From Psammoneis japonica (taxonomy: Eukaryota), in assembly GCA_008632985.1 (NCBI GenBank), contig QPGO01000159.1, positions 124,001 through 170,679 of the forward strand: a stretch of 46,679 bases of DNA, in the 5' to 3' direction. Positions within the stretch are counted from its first letter, which is position 1. Each line of letters opens with the position of its first letter. Made by a program: the position numbers and the translations under genes. The notes under the pieces were generated by a model that saw only the letters and a program-made list of their open reading frames with translations, had not been told where the DNA came from and ran no database searches. Positions 26,322 through 37,752 of this stretch are shown one piece after another.

Positions 26322-29300
26322 TTACCAACCCATTATCATGCACCTTAAACCTTCGAACTTGGTTCGTCCAAGAGGTTTAGTGAGCAAATCTGCCCAATTG
26401 TAGTTGGTGTCAACTTTTACTACCTTCACAGAACCACGTTTTATGTGGAAACGAAAATGCATCCATTTGATGCTAATGTGCTTGGTTCTAGCTCTGTATT
26501 GCTCGTCAGATGTGGCTAGGACAATGCAGCCGGCATTGTCTTCATGCACGGTGGACGGGGAAAGCTTGTGTGGTGACACACGAGTTTCCAGAGAACCTGA
26601 TTCAATGTGTGAATCTGCTAGTTCAAAATCCATGGTTTTGGACAATTCTTCTAGTATAGTTCTCATAGGTAACAGCTCGCGTAAGCACTGTGATAGTGCA
26701 ATAAGTTCAGCCTCAGTTGAGGAGAGAGCTATTGATGATGTATCCCGATCGGGAGAGATGCGATTCGTGGAGATGGGCAAAATTTCTGTGCCACATTCCC
26801 GCGAAGTCACTATCAACATGTGCATCCACGGAGAATTTCCCTTTTGGCCGGAGCTTAATTCCGTCTGTTGAAGTTGCCAACAGGTAACGTCCAATGTATT
26901 TAACGGCGCGTTCGTGTAATGCCTTTGGGCAATTCGAAAATCTTGCGCACATATGTACTGCCATTGCAATATCTGGGCGAGTCATTTGAGCTAAGAAACT
27001 CATCTTTCCGATGACTGATCGGTACTACAAATTGCAAAACAATTGCGCGATACACGTGCCCGAAGGTCGAATACTGTATCGTTGCCCGAAGCAACATTCT
27101 TCCTTCGCGCAGATGTCCATTCTACATAGTATATGGTATTGAAAATCTCATTGTAGTCGCATGAGTCGTTGCAGTAATTTCATCAATGACCTCTGTGGTA
27201 CTGTGCTACGTGATCTACACAAATCGGACATTCTCGAATGCTGGTATATTTTCTACGGTCTCTACGTGCGCGAAGCTCGAATTTCGCGCCCGAAGCAACA
27301 ATCACCCTTCGGGCACGTGTATCGCGCAATTGTTCAGCAATTCGTAGTAGTTCCACGTTTCTTGACGCTCCTGACCGTTCGAATCAGGATGCAACATTTG
27401 TGCTGCTGGGGTAGCCTTTGTATGGGGCTTATTCTGTAATGGTTCATTGTTGGTTGACCGCAGGCCAAGGTCTATCAATATGGAATCAATAAGGCCAGTC
27501 TAGGTCATTGATATCTCGCCGTTTGCGGTTTGAGTGATATCAACACCTAAGAAAGCGGATACGTCGCCTTCGTCGGTAAGTTGGAACTCGTCTTGTTTGA
27601 GCTCCTGAATGAGCGTTGTGATAATATCATTTGTTGGGGCGAATACGAGGCAATCATCTGTGTATAAGCAGATGAGACAATCATTTCTGATGAATAGACA
27701 TGGGTCTATTTTTGATTTCTTGAATCCTCGGCGTTCTAGGCCTTTGGATAGTTTCTGAAACCAGTTTCGCGCTGCAGTTTTCGTGCCATATAAGTTCTTT
27801 TTGAGCTTGCATACCATATCTGGTATGATATTCCCATTTTCGTCTTTGACCTCCCAGCCTTCTGGGAGTCTCATGTAAACTGGTTCTTCCAGTTCTGCCT
27901 GTGTAAATGCTTGCACATAGTCCACTTGTCTGCTTTTCAGACCAGTAATTGCCGCTAGACACAGTATGAGTCTTACTGTACTCCACGCGACGACGGGGGC
28001 GAATGTGTCCCAATAATCAATACCGTGTTGTTGTTTTGATCCGTCGACGCATATTCTTGCTTTGTATTTTGATAGCTCACCATTTGGTTTTCTTTTTCTT
28101 TTGTAGGACCATATCACGTTCAGTAGGCGGTGGTCTTTTGGAACTTCGGAACGTGGTATATATTCCCATACGTCCATATCAACAAGACCCTGTATTTCAG
28201 GTACTTGTGCTTTTTCGAATTCGGCGCGGTCTGGCGCTTTCTTCATCTGACCTTGGGTCAGGTTATCTGTATTTCCGAGCGCCGCTGCTTCAAATGCTAG
28301 TGGGCTGGATTCGTTCCAAATTCCTTCGTCAAGGAGTATATCATTATCTACAGAACCCATGAGTGCCATCAGGTGGGCTAGTTCTTCATATAGTTCTGCC
28401 GCTACTTCCTGATGGTACAGAGGTATAGTTGTATATGTGGTTGCGTCAGGTAAGTCTGTCGGGTTCGAGTTGTTTTGTACGGTTGTACATGTTGCCTCGT
28501 CGTCTAATCCTTTTCGACGTTTGTATTCTTGAAATTGATGCCGAGCGTGGTCAGCTTCCACATTGAGGCTATTGAGGGCTTCTTGTGTTATCATAGAAGT
28601 TGTAGCATCCTCTGATCCTGCTACAATTGGGCCGGGGGTTTTTGTGTTATCAATGAGTGATGGTGTCGCATTATCGACCGCTGGCGGGCGGTGTGATAAT
28701 GAGCCGGTCCCCTCTGCATTCTCCGATGTAGAACCTGCCGCCACAGGTAGCACAGCCTCGGAGGCAGGGGCTTGTGCTGATTCTGCTGGTGTTGTCGCAT
28801 TTGCTAGCGCAGCTGCTGCGTGGGTCGGTGTCGTGTCCGAGGCACCAGCAGCTGGCAGAATCTCTGCTGATATATTACCAGTATCTGGTTTTTCTTCGCC
28901 GTTGCGGGTACGTTTGCTCCCTCGTGATTTGTGATTCTTTTTCTGCGCCTGTTTGTACGCTTGAGGGTCGATGCCGTGTTCACGGAGCAAGTCGTCCTTA
29001 GTCCAGATATTCTTTTCAAAATAGTATCGATTATGATCGAAGTACTCATCGTGGTGAGTCCAAGTATTACTATAGTCATTGAATAGTTTTTCAAGAGCTG
29101 CCTCTAGTGCGTCAGTGGACGTGTTTCCGGGCGCTACTGTTGTAAAGTTTTCGTCAAAAGTGACGTGAAATTGTGGTGAGACGTGTTTGGTTATGGGGTC
29201 CCATACCAAGTAGACATTGCTGGCATGGTCCAGCGAATGTCCCACGTACACTCCTTGTCGTGACCGTTCGGCCCATCTTCCGATGTGAGTCCCGTCTTGG

Positions 29301-31030
29301 ACACTTTTGTCAGCGATATAGACGGGACATCCTAGACGGGACATCCCACACGCGAAAATCATCCATTTGGAAGGGCGGTTTCTCGTCGGTGAATAGTTCC
29401 CAGGGGTTTTTCTGTTTGCCTTTTCTGATGCACACATTATGAAAGTTGACAGCTTGTCTAATGGCGTATGGCCATAATTCGGTAGTTACTACATCAGACC
29501 AGAGGGACTGAGCGTGTAACAGGTACGTGCGCGCCATCGAGGTGACAACGCCTATGTGCCGTTCGGAGATGCCGTTTTGCCAGTGTGCTCCTACTCCACA
29601 ATAGGAGTTCGGTTGTTTGTTTTCAACGCAGTTTCTATGAACTCTGCAGCGGCGAATATGCCGTTATCGGCATGAATGTGCTCGATTTTGATGTCACATT
29701 TAGCTGCGAATCTCTCGAGCTTGGTTTTGCCGTTCAAAGTCTCTTTTCCTCCAGTAGACTCTTGCATGTGTGGATAGATAAATCTAGAAAAATGATCAAT
29801 CCATAGGGTACAGTGTTTGTACCTGCGAGTGGTTGGTTTGCCACGAGTGGTAGGAAGTAGACCTGGATGGCTCGCGTCGAGTTGGTCCGCCGACACACCT
29901 CGACCTGGAGCATCGTCGTGGCGTTCATCAATTCGATGACCACGTTGCTCAGCTTTGCGCTTTGCTTTAGCATATGCACAAGCTTTGCAGACCGGGGCTT
30001 CGCATTTTTCAAAGCGTTTCGGCACCATGCCGATTTTGGCCCATTCTCGGATTTGTTCGAATCCAATGTGGCCCATGCGATGATGTAGTTTTAACATATC
30101 GCGTTGAATGGGAAGTAGATTGTCTTCTATACCTCCCTCGTGAACTGGTAAGGCTTGTTGAGGCTGGGTAGGCCGGGCCTTTTTGCCGTTCTTATTTTTG
30201 GTTTCATTTTGCTTGTTAGCTTGATTCGGTCTGACCTTTGTGTCGGCCGCCGCCTTTTGCTTTCGTGTTGTGACAGCAAAAGCCGGATACGAAGCCGAAT
30301 ATGCTTTAATATTGGTACGTGATGGTAAAGTGCCATCAGCTCTTACATCAGAGCAAAATGCTTGGCAGTTACCGAAGCCTGGTGCAGTGGTAAGAATCGG
30401 TAGATTTGATTCATGATGACATCGTACTGTCTTGCGATGCTGCCCATAAATCATTGTCATAGAACTGCCACGTATAAAGAACCCATCAGCATCCTGATTG
30501 GGACTTGTGGCTGCCACTTGCTGTGGGCAAAGTAGTCTGACCGGGCAGGCATGGGGACGTATAACACGTTTTCTATATCGATGGTGAAGTTGACACCGGC
30601 GTCGTCCATGAAGGAGCATCTCACCGTGCCAACGCCTTCTATGGCGAGGCCTGAAGCGATACCCTTCAAGTTCAAGTTCTGAACTGGTCTTATATACCCT
30701 ATAAAATCATTCTCATTGTTTGTGATGGTGATAGATGCACCGGAATCGATCACCAAGTGAATTTCATCCGATGTCAGGGTAGGTACCTCGTCTGTGAGGT
30801 ATGCAGCATGTTCTGCTAAAGTGTTTAGTAACTCCTTGTTTTCTTCAGGAGTTCTAGAGTCAATAGTTTCGTATACTTTGACTAGTTGTGGCACATCACG
30901 TTTATCAATGAATGTAGACGTGGAGCGGGGTTTCGCTTGCACGGGGCTACCACGGATGAAATCGTCCGCGGTTCTCGAGAGCTATCTCAAATGCATAAGC
31001 ATTATCAATAATCTCCCCTACTAAACCATG
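26322..31030 (-). pseudogene. pol: Copia-II pol, frameshifted and interrupted by MITE-2
   Basis: VIDSGAS; HHRMGH...CKAC, WIDHFS, ADNG, QNGISER; KYKARICVDG, DYVQAF, LYGTK, LYTDD; VDSDFAG, SSTEAE, EDNAG, WADLLTKPL. Start approximate. Confidence 0.93.
27025..27347. mobile_element. MITE-2 (323 bp, TA TSD)
   Basis: ~42-bp TIRs CTAC(A/G)AATTGC..AACAATTGCGCGATACACGTGCCCGAAGG. TA at 27023-24 and 27348-49. Removal restores the Copia motif TWNYRSVIGKMSFL. Confidence 0.94.
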
Positions 31031-31150
31031 CCGTTGCTGGTGTAGTTTTAGCACAGATGGCGCTAGTTTCATACTTTGCTTTTAGTTTGACCGTTCCAGG
31101 AAAGCACTTGATTAAAACCGGATCTTAAGTATGTGGTGAATTAGGAGCAT

Positions 31151-32930
31151 CTAATTACCGTCTCCCCTCTGTTGCTCAAGAGCAGCAACAGATTTGGAGA
31201 AAGAAAAATTGGCAGTGAGTTTCTGCAACTTATCAATATCAGCCTGAATCTTAGACTGAGCCTTTTGGCGCTTGTGGTCGTAGGCGCTCCTTTTCTGTGC
31301 GCCGCCGCCCTGGTTGGATGTGCGCTTACCGCTCACTGTTGCTGTTTGCAGCGATGTACTCATCATGAGTGTCAGTACTGTGGCGTGTAGAATACATCTT
31401 ACAAGTGTCACACCAATGCCAGGTCTTGTCACCCCATTGTTTTTCCTGAGACTTGTTCTCGGGTTCGAGATACAAGAATGGCGGGGATCCACGACGAGGT
31501 ACACGAGGGCGATCACGCCCATGATGTCCACCACGACCACCGCGACCTGGATTGCTGCGCCTGTTATAACGGCCGTGACGTTCGAATCGTGTCTGCTGGT
31601 GCAGGGTGCTCTGTAAGGCGGTCGCGACCTTGGTCATTTGCTGCGCGAATCCGACTGTCTCTTTCTGACCCGTGATTAGGGCCATGAGTTGAGTGTCGTT
31701 GTCTGAGGGCTTATCCCAGATCTGCTGGGCCACATAAGCGTTCTTGAGGCTGATCGCCTTGTTAAACAGGGTCTCGATTGTCCACGTGACCTGTGTCTTA
31801 CGCATCCATTCTGTCTCATTCTTGGCCATCTCGTCCGCGAAGGGTTTGCAAGGGGCAGTCTTGAATTCTTCAAATGCCTTTTCTACGAGGGTATACTCGA
31901 GCGTACTGTCGCACTGAGTATGCAGGCGTAAGCACTGGCGGAACTTGCTCATGTACTTATCGACATTGCTGTCGCAGTCATTGACCAGAGAGATCTTCAA
32001 CATCTGGGACTGGATGTTGTTGATGTACATCTTAGGCGATGGAAAGAGCTTCTGGTAAGCCAAGAAGAAGTACGTGGAGCCGTCGCGATGGCATGCTTTG
32101 TTCATGTCTGGGGCAATATCCTGACGTAGCTCTTTGTCGAATGACGCGACAAGCAGTTGCTTTAACGCACGTTGAGCGAAGTGCTCGGATGTCTGGTCAT
32201 TGCAGAGCTTACGGACGTTGTCTGGTTCTTCAAGTACCCAGCACTCTAGGGCAAAGGACTCGAAGATCACAAGGGACAGTTGGGGAAAATCTTTAGTTAA
32301 AGACTTGTTAGTGTCACCCACTAGTTTGATTTTGTCCCATGCTGGAGATGTCTCAAGACGTTCCTTGAGACAAAACAAAAAGTCAAAGAATGACTCTGGG
32401 TCTTTAGTGAGTTTGTCCTCTAGCAGTTCAGCTAGCGTCTGGACACGCTTGTCAGCGTACGCACCGGCAGCCTGTTCATTTATCTTCGCGGCAAGGCAGT
32501 CGCGCGCACGCTTAGATAGGTGCTTCCTGGTACGAGTTTTGCGTGGAGTTCCCATGTCGGATGTTTTGGATGAGACACTTTCATCATCAGAAATGTCCAT
32601 TTTGGACACGTCTTTGTCTGACTCGATAGAGTCGTCGACGTCATCAGTTTTACACGCATCAACGGCACGTTCGGTATCCAGGTTTGGTGGATTGACGTCA
32701 TCACGCGACTTCGTCGTCGTGTCGTCGGCTGTTTTGCCAATTGCCTTTTCGGTTTTCCCACCGCGTTTGCGGGGTATGCGCTCTTTGCTTGTCGACTCCT
32801 TGCCACCAGTTGGCGAGGGCGTCGCGACATTGCGCTTCTTCTTCGGTTCAGAAGAGTTCTTGTCCTTTTTGGGCGTGTCAGCCTTGTTGGACTTGGATGG
32901 GGCCATGGTGAGCAGTGAGTGTTGTTGCAA
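31151..32930 (-). CDS. gag: Copia-II gag (534-aa ORF; tail probably continues by a frameshift to 31151)
   Basis: First ORF after the PBS. Basic/acidic N-terminus, helical core, KTWHWCDTC...H...H knuckle. Confidence 0.8.
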
Positions 32931-32962
32931 AAATTGCTGAGGTAACGAAGGGCTTCACAACC

Positions 32963-33132
32963 TGTCTTGTGAAGATATTGTGAGCTTTAGAGGCTTACTA
33001 CTTCTACGGTCTATGATCTATCCACGTCAGTCACTTCAGAGGTATCTTCGACATCATCCTACTGAGTCAGCACGAGCTATTCTCTACGAGGTACAGTCTG
33101 TCCGTCTGTACGTCGTATGGCTGACCCTGACA
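32963..33132 (-). repeat. Copia-II 5' LTR
   Basis: Direct repeat of 25927-26096, adjacent to the PBS. Confidence 0.96.
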
Positions 33133-33416
33133 CCCACTAGAAGTTGATCGTAGCTCTTGAGGAACTCGATGTATTTGGGGACACCCTGTTTCTTGTAGTG
33201 CTCGACATTGATGGTGTAGGTACGACTATCCTTCTTCTCGGGATGAAAACATTGCTCCATCTTGAGATGCTGACTCGGTTTGAGGCTCTTCGGCTCGGAA
33301 TTCGATTCCAACGGTTGCGGAACGATTCTCTCCTGCCGTAACGAAGTTTTGGCATTGGTTACATGAGGTGAAAGCTTCATCTTGAACTTGTTACCTTCTG
33401 TGGTGTGTATACACAA

Positions 33417-33795
33417 TGCACTATGCTCGAAGAACAAGTGTAAACGAAAGTAGAACAAAGTTCAAAAAGTGAAAATTATGAGAATTATTTCTACGCAATC
33501 ATTTTGGGTTTCTCCGAACGGGTTCTCAATAGCCTAAACCTTTTGCACTGCTCCTACAGACAAAAGGCCTTTCCGAGAATACGATCGTGACAACAGATTG
33601 TCCGGATACGATTGACATTGACACATAAGATGTCAACATCATCGTACAGTCGCATTTGCGATTCTCGACATCCGATCAACTCTGTGTGATTGATCTGTCC
33701 TTCGTACGAACCCACGATTGACGTACGATTGGAATATAAGTTTATTTAATATATAGATATACATATATATAACGTACATAACAACGCATATTGCA
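33417..33795 (-). repeat. Gypsy A1 5' LTR
   Basis: Direct repeat of 21649-22029, followed by the palindrome at 33404-33415. Confidence 0.96.
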
Positions 33796-33799
33796 ACGT

Positions 33800-33826
33800 A
33801 TTGAACCACTCCGCTATGAATTCATA
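33800..33826 (-). promoter_or_regulatory. 5' half of a tRNA-like sequence with Pol III A box
   Basis: TAGCGGAGTGG at 33816-33806 fits TRGCNNARYGG. It lies 37 nt upstream of the B box once Gypsy A1 is removed. Confidence 0.72.
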
Positions 33827-33827
33827 A

Positions 33828-33934
33828 TGCAGCATGCATGCAGACAAAAGGACATTTTGTCACGACCTTTGTGACATTTAAACTGTAACACGTCGCCGTG
33901 ACACATTAACTCTTGTGAGTAACTGGACATTGCA
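33828..33934 (-). repeat. TRIM 5' LTR (107 bp)
   Basis: Direct repeat of 21334-21441. Confidence 0.92.
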
Positions 33935-33938
33935 GCAT

Positions 33939-35846
33939 GTCGTTCTCACTGGTGATGACACATGGGATCCATCTGTCCTTGACCACCAGTTCACCGACGA
34001 TGAAAAGTGGTATGATGCCATGTCTGTCCTCCAAGACGACCCGACTACCAACCTCTTTGATGAGTTCGGCAACTATTGCCACTGCCATGTCATCAAAAAA
34101 GCCATGCTTACAGACTCCGTCCTTCATGATCACCTGCTCCCGACGTCTGATTTCTTCTACGAATGCCATGACCACGAAATCAATCCAAAGGCTCCCAACT
34201 TTGAGTCTCTCTCCACCCTTGTTTTGGCTTTCTCCCAAAGGACACTGTTCACCACACTTTTGATTGCATGACGCAGTGCGCCCGCATGCCAGCCAGCACG
34301 CACCTGAAAAAGGCATGCAATTTGCTCAACCCGGCTCTCAATGTCCACCAACGTAAAGAACCTGTTGCTGCTGACACGGTGCACTCCGACACCCCTGCCA
34401 TTGACTCCAGTTGCACCAGCGCCCAGCTCTTTGTCGGCACAGAATCTCTCGTCACTGACGTGTATGGCACCAAAACTGACAAAGAATTTGTCAACACCCT
34501 CGAAGACAACATTCGTAATCGTGGTGCCCGGTCCAAGCTCATCAGCGACTGTGCTCAAGTTGAGATCAGCAACAAGGTTCTTGGCATCCTTTGTGCCCTC
34601 TTCATCTCTAGTTGGCAAAGCGAGCCTGACCAACAGCATCAGAGTTTTGCTGAACGCCGCCACCAAACTGTGAAGACCATGGCCAACACCATCATGGATC
34701 ACTTCAGGTCCCTGGCTTACACCTGGCAACTCGCCCTGATGTGCGTGTGCTTCATGCTCAACCACACGGCGTCCGTCAAGCTCCACTGGCATACCCCCAC
34801 TGAGGTGCTGTCCGGCTCTACTCCCGACATCAGGCCGCTCCTCCGCTTTCAATGTAGGGGAACCCGTGTGCTGTCACCTGGATGATTCCAACTGGCTGTC
34901 CAAATCCTGTGAATTATGTGGTCACCTCATTGGCATTGCCGAACACGTGGGTCACCAAATGACATTCAAGATTCTTTCTGATGACACTCAGAAGATTCTC
35001 TGCTGTTCCAATGTGCATTTCACTCATGATCCGTCTGCTCCAAACCTGCGTCTTGATCCTCCTGACAAGCAATCTGCTGAACCTGTCATTAAATGCCACC
35101 ACAACTCCGAGGATTTGCCAGATTCACCAGATGGGGAGGCGATCAGGATGCCCAAAATGCCGGTCTTTGACCCCAAGGACATCATCGGACGCACCTTCCT
35201 CATGAAGCCACAAGAGGATGGACAACGCCACAGAGCCCGCATCATCAAAGCCGTTGAGGACCATGACTGGAAAATTGGAGACAATCTCCCAAACTAGTCA
35301 AGTTCATTTGCTCTGTCAACAATGATGAATACGAGGAAGTCCTAGCATGCAAAGACACAATGCACCACATTGAGCAAGAAGACGAGGACACCACCCTCTG
35401 GAAGTTCCGACGCATCGCATCGCATGAAGGACCATTGTGACCCCATGATCCCTCTTGGAAAGGCTCAAGCTACAATGTCATGCTTGAATGGGAGAATGGG
35501 GAGATCACGTCCGAACCCCTTGCCATCATTGCCAAGGATGATCCCGTCACCTGTGTCATCTACGCACGTGAGCACGGCCTCCTTGAAACCAAAGAATGGA
35601 GACGTTTTTGCAAGATAGCCCTGCTTCAGAAGAAGCTATTCAGCATGGCCAACCAAGCCAAGTTACGCTCCTTTCACACTGCGCCACGACACAAGCACGG
35701 GTGTGAAGTGCCACGGGACTGCAAGCATGCCCTGGCCCTTGATGAGTGCAGCAACGGCAACCGCAAGTGGGGAGATGCAACAGACCTCGAGATGACTCAG
35801 CTTGATGAGTACGAGGTCTTCCACGACTGCAGACACCACAAGGATT
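33939..35846 (+). pseudogene. pol: Copia-I pol continuation (integrase, chromo-like segment, start of RT)
   Basis: PALNV.QRKEPVAADTV, EFVNTLEDNI..RGA..KLISD, MLNHTA, GIAEHVGH.MTFKIL, YNVMLEWENGEITSEPL, W.DA.DLEM.QLDEYEVF. Confidence 0.88.
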
Positions 35847-36430
35847 ATAAGTTCCGTCTCATGCACATGCTGTTGCAAGGAGATGCTCTACGTGCTTTTG
35901 AGAATGGAGCAACAAGCATTGAAGACGAATCTGAAAAAGGAAGCTTTGAGAAATGCCTGCAGCACCTTACTCTACATGTGTTTCCCAAGAACACACTTCA
36001 GATTCAGAAACGTTATTTGCGTTGCGATCTCAAGAAGCCAGAGTCCATGAAAGTACGCGAAATTGCTGCTTGGGTCCAGGAAGTCAACGAAGACCTCAAG
36101 TTCTATCCTCCCTTTGAGGAGGGTCAGAAGATCAAGGAGGATGAGCTCAAGGACATCCTCTGTAATCTTGCACCTCGAAAGTGGCAGCGTCAGTCGACCG
36201 TCCAAGGTTTCGAAATTTTGAAACATGCCTGCGACGAGTTGGTTGAGTTTCTGGAGCGCCTAGAGGTCGCAGAGGACATGTTTGACAGTGTTCATGTCAA
36301 GGCTGATCCCAGCAGCAGTGCTGGATCAAAAGCCAAGAATGGCTCCAAACGTGGTTCCAAAAATGGTCACCAACATGGTGCCGAAAATTCTCAGTTGGAC
36401 AAGTGGTGCATTCCATGCACAAAATAAATT

Positions 36431-37752
36431 CAGAACAAAACCAAAATTCTATGTTTAAAGTGCTGCTGCGCTTCTGCCCTGCAACTCCGGCAACAAGCTA
36501 ACCCACACCCCCAGCACACCAACAGTGCGGCAGGAATGTATTGCGATTAGCCAAGATGGGCATCACCAACAAATGATGATGCCCACCGGGAACAGTTGGG
36601 AGTGGTGTTGTAGACAGCAACAGCAAATTGATTTAGCACCTTCAAAGCACTAGAAACCACAGCAATAGAACAGCTCTTTGCTTCTGACTGGATCTGATCA
36701 TTCCACTGAAGCAAGCCATGTTGGAACATTCCAAAGTGAGAAGGGATCTGAAACAGAGCAAACACCGTGTGTTTCACAAACAGGGACCAAAACATCACCA
36801 ACCACCGAGTTGGTCTCAAAATCAAACTTCTGGCAGCAGCAACAACAAAAAGGAGTTTCATCACATAGAGCAAAGAACTTAAAAAGGCATTGAGGAAAGG
36901 GGGGGGTCGTTGGAGCTTGGCAGGCACAGATGGAGAGCCGTCGGATGATAGGAAAATAGGCCATCAGAAAATATTTTCGTGACACGTAGAACTTGCACTG
37001 AGTCTTGCGTAGAAACTTGGCAGGAAGCATCAGCAAACAGGCGAAGAGCCAAATCAAGCCAAGTTGATCTCGAATTCACACTTCTGGAAGCAGCAAAGAT
37101 GGAAGGGTATTTGCTGCATAAAGCAGAGAACTTAAAAGGACAGCAGGCAGAGGGGGGGTCTTTGGAGCTTGGCAGGTATGGATAGAGAGCAGTCGAGAGA
37201 TTGGGAGATCGGCCATTTAAAAATATTTCCTTGACACGTAGAACTTGTATGGAAACTTGTGTAGACTTGTCGGCACGCGGAAGGTTGGCCAACACACACT
37301 GAATTGGTCTCTTCTTCAAACTTCTGAAAGGAACAATGACAGGAAGATGTTCACCACATGACATAGGAAACTTGAATAGACAATAGAGAGAAGGGGGGTC
37401 GTTGATACTTGAGAGGTATGGAGAGAGAGCAATCGGTAGTTTGATGAGTCGTCCGTCTGAAATGACTTGCAGAATGCGTAGAATTTGTACTGAGACCTGT
37501 GTAGAAACTTTGCACGCGAGAACAAAAAATGCCGAGCAGAACGTCGAGCAATTAAGCCAAGAGAGCTGGATGCAATTCGTTTTCCACTGCATGAGATTGT
37601 CAATGATCATAGAATGATGGCATGTCGATAAGGAACACGTCTGAACAGGCAGGTAAGAACCGTCATTACACCATCAGAAAAAGGCAACATCTGTGCCAGA
37701 GCTTACGTAGAAAACATGTAGAGGGTGTGGCCGTGAAACAAAGGCAGAATTG
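36431..37752. other. Unassigned 1.3-kb insert containing three diverged ~240-252-bp tandem units
   Basis: Markers GGGGGTC.TTG.A.CTTG..AGG at ~36901, 37153 and 37394, and CGTAGAA.TTG.A at ~36985, 37237 and 37477. Minus-strand ORF 36879-37610 repeats LPSSxDPP. Confidence 0.6.

Larger units (their letters stand above)
25927..33132 (-). mobile_element. Copia-II LTR retrotransposon (7.2 kb, separate gag and pol)
   Basis: 170-bp LTRs 25927-26096 and 32963-33132 (2 differences seen). 5-bp TSD CCCAC. PBS-like GGTTGTGAAGCCC at 32950-62. PPT ACGAGGGAG. Domain order PR-INT-RT-RH. Confidence 0.96.
25015..33380 (-). pseudogene. gag: Gypsy A1 gag (33380-33133 joined to 25926-25015), interrupted by Copia-II
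   Basis: MKLSPHV...YDQLLVG|QNVSKQVDKF reads through after removing the insertion. Knuckle WCISCEKSTHNTDKC. Confidence 0.9.
21649..33795 (-). mobile_element. Gypsy family A1 LTR retrotransposon, split by Copia-II
   Basis: LTRs 21649-22029 and 33417-33795. 4-bp TSD ACGT at 21645-48 and 33796-99. PPT TAGGGAGGCGAA. Domain order gag-PR-RT-RH-INT. Confidence 0.96.
21334..33934 (-). mobile_element. TRIM-like non-autonomous LTR element (~450 bp when the nested insertion is removed)
   Basis: LTRs 21334-21441 and 33828-33934 (TGCA...TGCA). 4-bp TSD GCAT at 21330-33 and 33935-38. PPT GGGGAGGAG at 21442-50. Non-coding interior 21442-21648 plus 33800-33827. Confidence 0.92.
18234..35846 (+). mobile_element. 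Copia-I (CoDi-like) LTR retrotransposon, split at 21333/33939 and 3'-truncated at the start of RT
   Basis: gag from 19257; protease LVDGGANG; frame resumes across the insertion (WDNLPH|VVLTGDDTWDP); integrase ADTVHS, LISD.AQVE, SEP.QQHQSFAERR. The putative 5' LTR ~18234-18930 cannot be verified because there is no second LTR. Confidence 0.85.

Noticed and set aside
35480..36427. Genuine novel 315-aa gene
   Set aside because: Accidental fusion of two mutated TE fragments.
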